DNA of 64,000 nucleotides from Myxococcota bacterium (lineage in GTDB: Bacteria > Myxococcota_A > UBA9042 > PHBI01 > JAWLBL01): the NCBI GenBank assembly GCA_041687695.1, contig JAWLBL010000002.1, positions 262,761-326,760 of the forward strand, given 5' to 3'. Within the stretch, counting starts at the first letter, position 1, and each line of letters begins with the position of its first letter. The notes under the pieces are model-generated. The model was not told where the DNA came from. It did not search any database and was given only the letters and a program-made list of their open reading frames with translations. Below are positions 44,945 through 58,230 of the stretch, in pieces. The position numbers and the translations under genes are program-made.

Positions 44945-45451
44945 ATGCGTTTGCTGCTTACCCTCGCCATCGCCATGGTCCTGGCCACCGGCTGCGCCAA
45001 AAAAGACGGCGAAGGCGCCGCGGGCGGCGAGGCCGCGCAGGTCGACACGAGCACGCCCGAGGGGCTGGGCAAGGCGATCTTCGCCGAGTACAAGGCCGGC
45101 ACCGAGCAGATGATGGCGATCCTGAAGGACCACCCGGACGCTGCGACGGTCAAGCCGAAGGTCGAGGAGCTCGAGAAGAAGACCATCGAGAAGATGGTCG
45201 AGCTCGGCAAGAAGCGCCAGGCCCTGCCGGAGGGCGACCGCGGCAAGGTCGACATGACGCTGTTCGACCAGATGGGCCAGCTGGACCCGAACTGGATGAG
45301 CGTCGCCAACGCCGCGTCGGCCCACTACGCGGGCACGGACGCGGATCTCGGCGCGAAGATCAGCGGCTTCAACGTCATCACCCAGTACGCCTCGTTCGAG
45401 CTGCTCAAGAAGCAGAAGCCCGAAGAGGCCAAGCGCCTGGGCATCGAGTAG
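44945..45451 (+). CDS. Hypothetical alpha-helical lipoprotein
   Basis: AGGAGG RBS; lipobox ATGC. Confidence 0.85.
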   Translation: MRLLLTLAIAMVLATGCAKKDGEGAAGGEAAQVDTSTPEGLGKAIFAEYKAGTEQMMAILKDHPDAATVKPKVEELEKKTIEKMVELGKKRQALPEGDRGKVDMTLFDQMGQLDPNWMSVANAASAHYAGTDADLGAKISGFNVITQYASFELLKKQKPEEAKRLGIE

Positions 45452-45473
45452 CCGCGGACCAGGAGCCCCCGCG

Positions 45474-46700
45474 ATGAGCGCCACGGACGCACCGTCCGCG
45501 GACAGGTGGCACCGGCTCGACGCGCTCTGCGCGCGCGCCGAGCCGGCGGCCATCAAGGTGCGCCGCCACCTGCACCGCTACCCCGAGCTGAGCTGGCAGG
45601 AGACGCGCACCCAGGCCTTCCTCGAGGCCTGGCTGGCCGAGCGGGGCCTGACGCCGGTGCAGGTCGCCAAGACCGGCCTGTACGTCGACATCGGTGAGGG
45701 GGACGCACCGGTCGTCTACCGCGCCGACATCGACGCGCTGCCGGTGCAGGACGCCAAGCAGCCTGGCATGGCCGCCTGCATCAGCGAGGTGCCGGGGGTC
45801 TCGCACGCCTGCGGCCACGATCTGCACTCGGCCGTCGCCGCCGGCCTGGCCGACGTTCTTCAGTCCATGCGCGACGAGCTGCCCGGCCGCGTGCGGATCG
45901 TCTTCCAGCCGGCCGAAGAGACGCTGCCCTCGGGCGGCGAGGCCATCCTGAAGTCGGGCGCCCTCGACGGCCTCCGCGCCGCCTTGGCGCTGCACGCCGA
46001 CCCGACGCGCGACGCCGGCACGGTGGGGCTGTTCGTGGGGCCGCTGACCGCGACCGCCGACGCCTTCACCATCGAGGTCATGGGCCGGGCCGGCCACTCG
46101 GCGCGCCCGCACCTGGCCCGGGACGCGCTGCTGGCTGCGGCCGACGTCGTCCGGGCCCTGCACAGCATCGTCGGGCAGCGGGTCGACCCGCTCGAGACGG
46201 CGGTCCTCAACGTGGGCACCCTGACCGCCGGCGAGGCCCACAACGTCATCGCCGGCCGCGCTCGCCTGGCTGGCATCATCCGCACCCTGCAGCCCGACAT
46301 CCGCGAGCTGGTCCACCGCGAGCTGCGCGAGGTCGCCGAGGCCGCCGCCCGCGTCCACGGCTGCTCGGTCGACGTGCACCTGACCCTGGGCTCGCCGCCC
46401 ATCGTCAACGACGCGCGCCTGCACGAGGTGGTCCGCCGCGCCGCCGGCGACGTCGTCGGCGCCTCGGGCGCCCAGCTGATGAAGAAGCCCAGCACCGGCA
46501 GCGAGGACTTCGGCCAGTACGGCCGCCACGCCCCCGTCTACATGGTGCGCCTGGGCGTCCGCTCCCCGGGTGGGCCGACGTTGCACCTGCACACCCCGGG
46601 CTTCGACGTGGACGAGCGCGCCATCGGCGTCGCCATCCGGCTGATGGCGCGGTCGGTCATCGACGCGTTCGCGCACCTGGACGCGCCCGGCGGCGAGTAG
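45474..46700 (+). CDS. M20D-family amidohydrolase
   Basis: LHRYPEL, RADIDALP, HACGHD, FQPAEE, GHSARPH and SEDF. Confidence 0.92.
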   Translation: MSATDAPSADRWHRLDALCARAEPAAIKVRRHLHRYPELSWQETRTQAFLEAWLAERGLTPVQVAKTGLYVDIGEGDAPVVYRADIDALPVQDAKQPGMAACISEVPGVSHACGHDLHSAVAAGLADVLQSMRDELPGRVRIVFQPAEETLPSGGEAILKSGALDGLRAALALHADPTRDAGTVGLFVGPLTATADAFTIEVMGRAGHSARPHLARDALLAAADVVRALHSIVGQRVDPLETAVLNVGTLTAGEAHNVIAGRARLAGIIRTLQPDIRELVHRELREVAEAAARVHGCSVDVHLTLGSPPIVNDARLHEVVRRAAGDVVGASGAQLMKKPSTGSEDFGQYGRHAPVYMVRLGVRSPGGPTLHLHTPGFDVDERAIGVAIRLMARSVIDAFAHLDAPGGE

Positions 46701-49916
<3,216 letters not shown>

Positions 49917-49944
49917 CGGCCCCCTCCTCCCGTGAGTGCCGCGC

Positions 49945-49973
49945 ATCATACAGGGATCGGGACCTCGCATGAA
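49945..49973 (-). promoter_or_regulatory. Putative sigma70-type promoter
   Basis: TTCATG-17 bp-TATGAT on the minus strand; supports the start at 49916. Confidence 0.5.
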
Positions 49974-50188
49974 AGGGGGCGCGCTCCGACCGTGACACGG
50001 CGCGTCATCGCGGCGTCATCGGCGATCACCGTCCGCCCGGGCCGTGGGGGGCCGTTCGCGCTTCGCTCCTTGCCGGCCGGCGGGCGAGCCGTTAGCGTGC
50101 CGACATCCCTCCTGGCTTTTTCCGAACGCCCCGCGAGACCGGCCCCCGCACCGGGTGGGCCCGTCGTCTCCAGCCCCGGAGCCGCCCC

Positions 50189-50533
50189 ATGCCCCGACCC
50201 CTCGGTCCGTCCGTCCGCGTCGTCGCCGCGGCGCTGAGCGCGTGCGCCCTGCTCGCCTGCCAGTCGCCCGCCGAGAAGACGGCCCAGATGTGCAATGACA
50301 TGAAGCAGGTGGTCGACGCCAACCGCGACGACTGCGAGAAGATGGCCACCGAGCTGCGCGCCTGGTTCGACAAGTACAAGGACGAGCGCGCCTTCGGCTC
50401 GCCCGACGCCGAGGAGATGGCCAAGGCGCAGCAGCCCTGCAACGAAGCGGCGACGACCCTGGCCGCGTCGTGCGCGGGCAATCAGAACGTCATGAACGTC
50501 CTCAAGGACATGCAGACGCACGCGCAGCAGTAG
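50189..50533 (+). CDS. Small Cys-containing helical lipoprotein
   Basis: Lipobox LLAC; four further Cys. Confidence 0.8.
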   Translation: MPRPLGPSVRVVAAALSACALLACQSPAEKTAQMCNDMKQVVDANRDDCEKMATELRAWFDKYKDERAFGSPDAEEMAKAQQPCNEAATTLAASCAGNQNVMNVLKDMQTHAQQ

Positions 50534-50588
50534 CCGCCCCACGACCCGGGGCCCGAGGCCGCGGCGCCCGCGGCCCCGCGCCGGCGGC

Positions 50589-51944
50589 TCACACGCGCTC
50601 GAGGACCGCCGCCGCGCCCAGCCCGCCGGCCGCGCAGATCCCCAGCAGGGCCGTCGCCTTGCCGGTCCGGTGCAGCTCGTTGGCCATCGTCGTCACCATC
50701 CGCGCGCCGGTGGCCCCGAAGGGGTGCCCCAGGGCGACCGAGCCCCCGTGCACGTTCAGGCGCGCCGGGTCGATCTCGCCCACGGCGCGATCGCGGCCCA
50801 GGCGCTCTCGCGCGAAGGCGTCGCTGGCCAGCATCTTGAGCACGCTCAGCACCTGCGCGGCGAAGGCCTCGTGCATGTCGACGAGATCGATGTCGGCCAG
50901 GGTCATCCCGGCGCGGTCGAGCGCCATGGGCATCGCGATGGCCGGCGCCATCAGCAGCTGGTCGGCGGGGTCCACGCCGGCGTAGGCCCAGCTGCGGAAC
51001 GCCGCGAGCGGCGTCAGCCCCAGCTCGCGCGCCTTGTCCTCGCTCATCAGCAGCACGGCCGCCGCGCCGTCGGTCAGCGGGCTGGAGTTGCCCGCCGTCA
51101 ACGTGCCGTCCTTGGCGAAGACCGGGCGCAGCTTCGCCAGTTTGTCGACGCTGGTCCCGCCGCGGACCAGCCCGTCGCCGTGCACCCAGCGGCCGCTGGG
51201 CGTGCGCACCGGCGTCACCTCGTCGGACAGCCGCCCCGATGCGATGGCCGCCGCCGCCCGGTGGTGCGAGCGGGCCGCGAACTCGTCCTGCTCGTGCCGC
51301 GTCACGCCGTTGCGCCGGGCCATGTGCTCGGCGGCCTCGCCCATCACCTGCCCCGTGGTGCGCTCGGCGATCTTGGGGCGCTTGGGCAGGATCTCGGTGA
51401 TCGGCATCAGCTGGCTGGCCACCTGGACGTAGTCGGCGAAGCCGGGCTTTTTGCCGAGCGCCAGCGGCGCCAGGGCGTGCACGACCTTCTGGGGCAGCTT
51501 GAGCTCGGCGTTGCTGGTCGAGTCGGCGCCCCCGGCGATGACGACGTCCGCCTCGCCGCGCTCGATGGCGGCGGCGGCCAGCGTCACGGCCTGCAGCCCC
51601 GAGGCGCAGGCGCGCGTGACGGTCATCGCCTCGACCGAGGGCGGCAGCTTCAGATCCAGCGCGATCTCGCGTCCGACGTTGGGCGCCGCGCTGGGCAGGA
51701 TGACGCCACCCCAGACGACGCTGTCGATGGCCTCGCGCGGGACGCCGGTGCGCTCGATGAGCGCCGTGACCGCCACGTCGCCCAGAGCGATGGCGTCCAG
51801 CTCCATCAGGTCCCCGAACGCCTTGACGAACGGCGTCCGGACGCCGCCGACGATCACCGCGCGGCGGCCTTGCGGGGCCGGCGCGGCCGGGGCCTTCTTG
51901 CTTTTGGAGGGGCTCGGGGTCTTCTTGCTGTCGCTCGCTGCCAT
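50589..51944 (-). CDS. Acetyl-CoA C-acyltransferase (thiolase, FadI/FadA2-like)
   Basis: RACASG, HEAFAAQ, GHPFGATG and CAAGG. Confidence 0.93.
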   Translation of the reverse strand: MAASDSKKTPSPSKSKKAPAAPAPQGRRAVIVGGVRTPFVKAFGDLMELDAIALGDVAVTALIERTGVPREAIDSVVWGGVILPSAAPNVGREIALDLKLPPSVEAMTVTRACASGLQAVTLAAAAIERGEADVVIAGGADSTSNAELKLPQKVVHALAPLALGKKPGFADYVQVASQLMPITEILPKRPKIAERTTGQVMGEAAEHMARRNGVTRHEQDEFAARSHHRAAAAIASGRLSDEVTPVRTPSGRWVHGDGLVRGGTSVDKLAKLRPVFAKDGTLTAGNSSPLTDGAAAVLLMSEDKARELGLTPLAAFRSWAYAGVDPADQLLMAPAIAMPMALDRAGMTLADIDLVDMHEAFAAQVLSVLKMLASDAFARERLGRDRAVGEIDPARLNVHGGSVALGHPFGATGARMVTTMANELHRTGKATALLGICAAGGLGAAAVLERV

Positions 51945-51952
51945 GTTGGGCC

Positions 51953-53389
51953 TCAGGCTCCGACCAGGTTGCCGCCGCACACGCGCAGGACGCCACCGGT
52001 CACTCCGATGGCCCCCGGCGTCGCGAGGAAGGTGATGACCTCGGCGACGTCGCGCGGGACGCCGCCCTGGGACAGGTTGTTCAGGCGCCGGGCGACCTCG
52101 CGCACGACGACCGGCATCGCGTCGGTCAGGCGCGTCTCGATGAAGCCGGGGGCGACCGCGTTGACGGTGATGCCGCGCGGCGCCAGGGTGGGGGCCAGCG
52201 CCCGCACGTAGCCGATGACGCCCGCCTTGGAGGCGGCGTAGTTGGTCTGCCCGAAGTTGCCGGCGATGCCCGCGATGGACGACAGGCAGATGATGCGTCC
52301 GCCGTCGCGCAGCACGCCGGCCGTCAGCCGCGAGGTGATGCGCGTGACGGCGGTCAGGTTCACCTCGACCGCCTGCTCCCACCAGTCGGGCTTCATGCGC
52401 GCCAGCGTCTTGTCGCGGGTGACGCCGGCGTTGTGCACGACGACGTCCAGCCCGCCGAAGTCGGCCTCGATGGCCTCGCACAGGGTGCGCGGCGCCTCGG
52501 GGTCGGTGACGTCGACGAGGTGCAGCGATCCGCCGATCTCCCGCGCGACGGCGCTGGCCGGGCCGTCGTCGGCCGGGCGGTCCAGGCAGATGACGTGCGC
52601 GCCCTCGGCGGCCATCAGGCGCGCCGTCTCGGCCCCGATGCCGCGGGCCGCGCCGGTGACCAGGGCCACCTTGCCGTCCAGCGGGCGCGTGCGCCGGTCG
52701 ACCAGCTCGCCCTGGGCCAGGGTGGTCACGCGCAGCGGCTGCCCCGAGACGAAGGCCGAGCGGGGCGACAGCAAGAAGCGCACGACCGGGCCGGCGCGGT
52801 CCTCGGCGCCGGGCTCGATCGTCACGAGCTGGGCCGTGGCGCCCCGCTTGCCGATCTCCTTGGCCGCGCTGCGCACGAAGCCGTCGAGGGCCGCGGCGGC
52901 GGCGGCGGCCTCGGCGTCGGCCTGCGCCTCGGGCGGGCGGCCGAGCACGACGATGCGGCCCGAGCGACCCAGCGCGCGCATCCACGGGTGGAAGAAATCG
53001 TAGACGGCGCGCAGGTCGCCCGGCGCGGTGAGGCCGGTGGCGTCGAAGACCAGCCCGTCGACGCGGGCGTGCTCGGGGATCTCACCGGGCTTCAGCGCGA
53101 CCGCGGGGCGGCCGTAGGCCTCGCCCGGGGCGCTGTAGTGGGTCGTGGCCGCCTCGTCGCCGACCACCCAGGGCGTCGCGCCGGCGGGCGCCAGGGTGCG
53201 GGCGAGGACCGGGTGCAGCGCCGCGCCCGGGGCCGCGCCGACGACGACGACGCGGTCGTGCAGCGGCCGGTCCTCCCAGGGGTGGGGGGCGCGGCGGAGC
53301 TTCTCGGGCAGCGGGATGGGCAGGCCGAGCGACTGGATGAGCTTGCGGGCCTGCGGGTTGGAGGCGATCTGGACGAGGTAGTCGCTCAT
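51953..53389 (-). CDS. High-molecular-weight 3-oxoacyl reductase (FabG4-like)
   Basis: N-terminal extension plus TGAARGIG, HNAGVTRDK and YAASK. Confidence 0.9.
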   Translation of the reverse strand: MSDYLVQIASNPQARKLIQSLGLPIPLPEKLRRAPHPWEDRPLHDRVVVVGAAPGAALHPVLARTLAPAGATPWVVGDEAATTHYSAPGEAYGRPAVALKPGEIPEHARVDGLVFDATGLTAPGDLRAVYDFFHPWMRALGRSGRIVVLGRPPEAQADAEAAAAAAALDGFVRSAAKEIGKRGATAQLVTIEPGAEDRAGPVVRFLLSPRSAFVSGQPLRVTTLAQGELVDRRTRPLDGKVALVTGAARGIGAETARLMAAEGAHVICLDRPADDGPASAVAREIGGSLHLVDVTDPEAPRTLCEAIEADFGGLDVVVHNAGVTRDKTLARMKPDWWEQAVEVNLTAVTRITSRLTAGVLRDGGRIICLSSIAGIAGNFGQTNYAASKAGVIGYVRALAPTLAPRGITVNAVAPGFIETRLTDAMPVVVREVARRLNNLSQGGVPRDVAEVITFLATPGAIGVTGGVLRVCGGNLVGA

Positions 53390-53414
53390 GGGCGGATCTC
53401 CGGTCGGGGCGAGC

Positions 53415-54326
53415 TCAGGCGTCGCGGGTCTCGAAGCTGCCGGTGAGGTAGGCGGGGCCGGAGGGGGCGTCGCCGACGTAGACGCCCTGGGCGTCGTCGA
53501 CGTACAGGCCGACACGCGCCGGCAGGACCAGCGGGCGCGTGAACTTGCACTCGAAGACGCGCAAGGGGCGGACGTCGCCGGACCACAGGGTGCGGTTGAG
53601 GCCCTCGATGGCGCGGGCCATGGTGGCGAAGCCGTGCAGGATGGTGCTCTTGAAGCCCGAGGCGCGCGCGTAGGCCGGGATCCAGTGGACCGGGTTGAAG
53701 TCGCCGGTCAGCAGCGCGAAGTCGAGCCCCTCGCGGGCGCCGAGCTTCCAGTAGGCCAGCTCTCGGGCGCCGGCGGGCACGCGCGCGCGCGGGCGGGGCT
53801 TTCGGTCGGCCTTGGGCGCGTCCTTGCCGCCGCCGAGGGGGACGATGGCGTTGAGGTAGGCGACCAGGGCGTCGGGCGTGTCGGCGGTGCCGGTCACGAT
53901 GCGCTGGCGCAGGACGGCGCGGCGGCCGTTGTCGTCGATGTCCTCGAGGCGGGCGCTGACGTGCAGGGGCACGTCGGCGGGCAGCGGGGCGTTGATCTCG
54001 AGGCGGCAGCCGCCGTTGAGCATGCGGGCGAGCGGGTAGTGGACGCCGCGCAGGGTGCGCGCGGCGAGCGGGAAGCCCCACTGCGGGAACAGGTGCGGCG
54101 GCAGGACGCCCTTGTAGGCGCCGGGGTCGCCGCCGACCTTGCGGACGTAGTCGCGGACGAGGTCGCGCGGGCGCGGCGGGACGACCGCGGAGATCTCGGG
54201 CCCGGGGGTGAGGACGGGCCGGGGCGCGGCGTGGCCGAGGTGCTGCTTGAGCGCGAGGAGCGCGGTCTGGCCGAGGGCGGCGAGGACCGGCCCCTGCTGC
54301 AGGACGTGCTTGGTCGGGACGCCCAT
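53415..54326 (-). CDS. MaoC-family double-hotdog dehydratase (HtdX-like)
   Basis: FALLTGDFNPVH...ILHG hydratase motif. Confidence 0.88.
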   Translation of the reverse strand: MGVPTKHVLQQGPVLAALGQTALLALKQHLGHAAPRPVLTPGPEISAVVPPRPRDLVRDYVRKVGGDPGAYKGVLPPHLFPQWGFPLAARTLRGVHYPLARMLNGGCRLEINAPLPADVPLHVSARLEDIDDNGRRAVLRQRIVTGTADTPDALVAYLNAIVPLGGGKDAPKADRKPRPRARVPAGARELAYWKLGAREGLDFALLTGDFNPVHWIPAYARASGFKSTILHGFATMARAIEGLNRTLWSGDVRPLRVFECKFTRPLVLPARVGLYVDDAQGVYVGDAPSGPAYLTGSFETRDA

Positions 54327-54391
54327 GGCGGTCGACTCCTGGAGTGTGGGGTCTCGGGAGGCGCGGAGGATAGCCTAACGGGCGGCCGGCC

Positions 54392-56527
54392 CTAAGCGTT
54401 TTCCCTTTGCGGCGCGGGAGGCCGGGCGCGCGGGGCGGCGGGCGCGGCGAGGGCGCGCAGGCGGGCGACGAGGGCGCGGCGCCGGACGGGCTTGGAGAGG
54501 TAGCCCGCGAAGGGGGCGCCGAGGAGCTCGGCAGCGCGCGGGGCGTCGGGGAGCGGGACCAGGCCGAGCCACGGGCGCCCGGCGAGCGCGGGGTGGGTGG
54601 CCAGGGCGGCGCGGGTCTCGGAGGAGGCGGCGCCGGGGCCGGCGGCGTCGACGACGATCACGTCGGGGCGGATCGGCGGGTGACCGATGCCGGCCCAGGG
54701 GGCGGCGACGGCGCCGAGGTCGGTGAGCAGGCGCACGAGGGCGCGGCGCAGGTCGGGCTGCTCGGTCACGACCAGGGCCGACAGGCCGATGAGCGAGGGC
54801 GCGGGCATGGGGGTGAGGACGGCCAGCTCCCGCGGGAGCGGGACCTCGAGCCAGAACACGCTGCCGCCGTCCTCGCCGGCGTCGACGCCGACCGCGCCGC
54901 CCATGCGCAGGGCCAGCTCGTAGCAGATGGACAGGCCGAGGCCGGCGCCGCCGTGGCGGCGGCTCATCGAGCCGTCGAGCTGCTGGAAGGGCTTGAAGAT
55001 GAGCTCGCGCGCCTCCTCGGGGACGCCGGGGCCCGTGTCGCGGACCTCGACGCGCACGCGCTCGGGGCCGGCTTCGGTCAAGTTCACGACCACCTGGCCC
55101 TCGGTCGTGAACTTGACCGCGTTGTCGACCAGGATGAGCAGCATCTGGCGCAGGCGGCCCGCGTCGCCGACCAACGGCCCGTCGAGGGCCGCGGGCACGT
55201 CGCCGACCAGGGCAAGGCCCTTGGCGGCGGCGCGCGGGGCCAGCAGATCCAGGACCTCCTCGACGATGGGGCGCAGCTCGAGGCGGGCGAGGTGCAGGTC
55301 GACGCGGCCGGACTCGATGCGCGCGAAGTCCAGCAGATCGCCGATGAGCACCAGCAGCGCGTCGCCCGACTCGCGGATGGTCTCGACGTACTCGCGCTGC
55401 TCGGGCGTCAGCTCGGTCTCGACCAGCAGCGACGTCATGCCGATGACGCCGTTCATGGGGGTGCGGATCTCGTGGCTCATGTTGGCGAGGAACTGAGACT
55501 TCAGGCGCGACGCGGCGAGGGCCTCGTCGCGGGCGGCGGCCAGCTGCTCCTCGATGCGGCGGTGCTCGGTGATGTCCCTCAGGAAGAGCTTGAAGGAGAC
55601 CGCATCGTCCACGCGGATCGGCGCGAGCAGGGCCTCGACCTGCAGCACGGTGCCGTCCTTGCGCAGGGACTGGGTCTCGACCCGCTGGCCCATGCCGCGG
55701 CTGCGTCCGGCCGCGAGGAAGCGCGCGAGCTGGCGCTCGAGCCGCGGCCGCAAGGCGTCGGGGCAGATGAGGTCGAGGACGTGCTGGCCGAGGGCCTCGG
55801 GCGGCGTGAAGCCCAGGATGGCCGTGGCCTGGGGGTTCCAGCTGGTGACGAGCCCCTGCGCGTCGAAGCCGACGATGCCGTCCAGGGCGGCGTCGATGAC
55901 CTGGCGGTGGAGGGTCTCGGCGGCCACGGAGGCCCGAGCGCGTGCGTCGGCGCGGGCGCGATCGCGGTGGCGGAGCCAGCGGTAGCCCAGGGCCAGGGCG
56001 GTGATCTGCGCGAGCAGGGTGAGGGTGAGCACGATGGCGGTGGTGCCGACCGGCTCACCGCGCATGAGCCCGTAGGTGGCGGCCCCGAGCGCGGCCGCGG
56101 CGCACCAGAGGAGGTCGCGCACCCGCAGCAGCACCGCCGACCCGATGATGGCCAGGGCGCCGTGAGCCGCGAGGGCGACGCGCTCGGCGGGGTCGGGGTT
56201 GACCGAAGCGGCGGCCGCGACGAGCGCCAGGATGCCCGTGGCGAGCAGGGGCGGCGCGAGCAGGTGCAGGCGCGTTCGGCTGAGGGCCCAGCAGGCGACC
56301 AGGAAGGCCGTGACCATCGCGGCCAGGGTGTGATGGCTGCCCCAGCCGGGCCGCTCGATGGCGAGCAGCGTCCAGGTGACGACCAGCGCGGGGGCCGAGA
56401 TGGCGAGCATGACGGCGCTGACCAGGCGGGCGCGGGTGGCCTGTGCGGGGTCGGTGAGGGTGGCCGAAGGGCGGGTCAACCGCTCGCCCAGCCGAGTGAG
56501 CCCGCGCGTCCAGGAGGTGTTGGCCAT
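54392..56527 (-). CDS. Membrane PAS histidine kinase with degenerate receiver domain
   Basis: About 6 TM helices; [30 protein letters not shown] and GAGLGL; C-terminal VIVVD...SKP. Confidence 0.92.
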   Translation of the reverse strand: MANTSWTRGLTRLGERLTRPSATLTDPAQATRARLVSAVMLAISAPALVVTWTLLAIERPGWGSHHTLAAMVTAFLVACWALSRTRLHLLAPPLLATGILALVAAAASVNPDPAERVALAAHGALAIIGSAVLLRVRDLLWCAAAALGAATYGLMRGEPVGTTAIVLTLTLLAQITALALGYRWLRHRDRARADARARASVAAETLHRQVIDAALDGIVGFDAQGLVTSWNPQATAILGFTPPEALGQHVLDLICPDALRPRLERQLARFLAAGRSRGMGQRVETQSLRKDGTVLQVEALLAPIRVDDAVSFKLFLRDITEHRRIEEQLAAARDEALAASRLKSQFLANMSHEIRTPMNGVIGMTSLLVETELTPEQREYVETIRESGDALLVLIGDLLDFARIESGRVDLHLARLELRPIVEEVLDLLAPRAAAKGLALVGDVPAALDGPLVGDAGRLRQMLLILVDNAVKFTTEGQVVVNLTEAGPERVRVEVRDTGPGVPEEARELIFKPFQQLDGSMSRRHGGAGLGLSICYELALRMGGAVGVDAGEDGGSVFWLEVPLPRELAVLTPMPAPSLIGLSALVVTEQPDLRRALVRLLTDLGAVAAPWAGIGHPPIRPDVIVVDAAGPGAASSETRAALATHPALAGRPWLGLVPLPDAPRAAELLGAPFAGYLSKPVRRRALVARLRALAAPAAPRARPPAPQRENA

Positions 56528-56637
56528 CGTACCCTTGCGTCGAGGGGGTGGCGCCCCGGGTCCCCCCAGGGCCGCGGCATCCTAGCCGAAAGGGTGGCCA
56601 TCGGGCGACCCGGCGAGCGCGTGAGGCCGTTCGGATC

Positions 56638-56823
56638 TCAGGTCGGGGGCGGGGGCGCGGTCGGCGCGCCGTCCGACTGTGCGGCGCCCTGGTTCGGCTG
56701 GGGCCGCGGCGCGGGGGCGGGAGGGCCGAGCGGCTGGGTCACCTGGTCGATGCGGCGGCGCGTGCGGGGCCGGGGCGTCGGCTCGAGGACCATGAGGCGA
56801 GGCGATGGCGCGGTCTGGTTCAT
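56638..56823 (-). CDS. Pro-rich 61-aa small protein
   Basis: GGAGAGGAG RBS 6 nt before the ATG; sigma54 promoter just upstream. Confidence 0.55.
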   Translation of the reverse strand: MNQTAPSPRLMVLEPTPRPRTRRRIDQVTQPLGPPAPAPRPQPNQGAAQSDGAPTAPPPPT

Positions 56824-56868
56824 GGCGGTCTCCTCTCCGGCGAAGGGCCGGGAACGGAGCGGCCAATT

Positions 56869-56884
56869 TGCAAACCGCTTGCCA
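56869..56884 (-). promoter_or_regulatory. Sigma54 (-24/-12) promoter
   Basis: TGGCAAG-CGGT-TTGCA against consensus TGGCACG-N4-TTGCW: one mismatch, exact spacing. Confidence 0.8.
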
Positions 56885-56947
56885 AAGCGCGAGGGGCCGC
56901 CGCGGCGCGGCCGTACGGGGCCGGGGCTGCCGCGGGCGGGGCCTGTG

Positions 56948-56966
56948 GACCCCAGCGGGTGGGGTC
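56948..56966 (-). terminator. Hairpin at the aroA stop (possible terminator, no U-tract)
   Basis: GACCCCA-GCGGG-TGGGGTC. Confidence 0.35.
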
Positions 56967-58230
56967 AGAGGTGCGCGCCCAGCTGCCGGAGCGTCGCGTG
57001 GAAGCTGGGGAAGCTGGTCGCGATGGTCTCGGCGCCGTCGATGACGGTGCCCGGCGGCGCGACGAGCGACAGGAGCGTCGCGCACATGGCGATGCGGTGA
57101 TCGCCGTGGGCATCGATGCGGCCCGGGCGCAGCGGGCGGTCGGGATCGCCGTGGACGGTCAGGCCGTCGGGGCGCTCGTCGACCGGGACGCCGAACGAGC
57201 GCAGCATCTCGGCGGTCTTGGCGACCCGGTCCGACTCCTTGACCCGCAGCTCCTCGGCGTCGCGGATGTGGGTCGGCCCCGGGGCGCGCGAGGCGAGGGT
57301 CGCGACCAGCGGCAGCTCGTCGATGGCGCGCACCGCGAGGTCGCCGCCGATGTCGACCGGGCCGAGGTCGGTGGACCTCACCGTGAGATCGGCGATGGGC
57401 TCGCCGTTGACCTCGCGCGCGTGGGTGCGGGTGACCGGCGCCCCCATGGCCTCGAGGACGTCGAGCAGGCCGGTGCGCGTCGGGTTGACGCCGATGCCGG
57501 TCAGGGTCACCTCGCTGCCCGGGACCAGCAGCGCGGCGCCCAGGGCGAAGGCCGCGCTGGAGAGATCGCCGGGCACCACCAGGGGCTTGGCGTGCGGGGG
57601 ACGACCCAGGTAGGCCAGCATGCGCTCGGTGTGGTCGCGGCTGGGGCCGGGCTCGGTGACGCGCACCGGGCCGTCGGCCCACAGGCCCGCCAGCAGGATG
57701 GCGCTCTTGACCTGGGCGCTGGCCATCGGGGCGGCGTAGTCGATGGCCTTGAGCGGCCGGCGCCCGCGGACCCGCAGCGGGGCGAAGTCGCCGTCGCGGG
57801 CCTCGAGCACCTGCAGCCCCATCGCGGCCAGCGGCCCGAGGACCCGCCGCATCGGGCGGCGCGACAGGCTGGCGTCGCCGACCAGGGTCGCCTCGAAGGG
57901 CTGCCCGGCCAGCACTCCCAGCATCAGGCGCATCGTGGTGCCCGAGTTGCCGCAGTCGAGCGGCCCGTCCGGCGGCCGCAGCCCGTCGAGCCCCACGCCG
58001 TGGACCAGCGCACGGGTGCCGTCCTGCTCGATCTCGACCCCCATCGCCCGCAGGATCCGGGCCGTCGAGCGGTTGTCCTCGCCCGCTCCGAGCCCGGTGA
58101 TCTCGACCGGGCCGTCACACAGCGCGCCGATCATCAGCGCGCGGTGGCCGATGCTCTTGTCGCCCGGGACCGTGGCGGTCCCACGCAGCGGGCCCTGCGC
58201 CGGGGCGCCTCCGGTCCGGTCGGCGGCCAT
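56965..58230 (-). CDS. aroA: 3-phosphoshikimate 1-carboxyvinyltransferase (class II)
   Basis: PGDKSIGHR, DCGNSGTT, SAQVKS, RDHTE, LRVKESDR and DHRIAM; TGATG-coupled to hisC. Confidence 0.95.
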   Translation of the reverse strand: MAADRTGGAPAQGPLRGTATVPGDKSIGHRALMIGALCDGPVEITGLGAGEDNRSTARILRAMGVEIEQDGTRALVHGVGLDGLRPPDGPLDCGNSGTTMRLMLGVLAGQPFEATLVGDASLSRRPMRRVLGPLAAMGLQVLEARDGDFAPLRVRGRRPLKAIDYAAPMASAQVKSAILLAGLWADGPVRVTEPGPSRDHTERMLAYLGRPPHAKPLVVPGDLSSAAFALGAALLVPGSEVTLTGIGVNPTRTGLLDVLEAMGAPVTRTHAREVNGEPIADLTVRSTDLGPVDIGGDLAVRAIDELPLVATLASRAPGPTHIRDAEELRVKESDRVAKTAEMLRSFGVPVDERPDGLTVHGDPDRPLRPGRIDAHGDHRIAMCATLLSLVAPPGTVIDGAETIATSFPSFHATLRQLGAHL

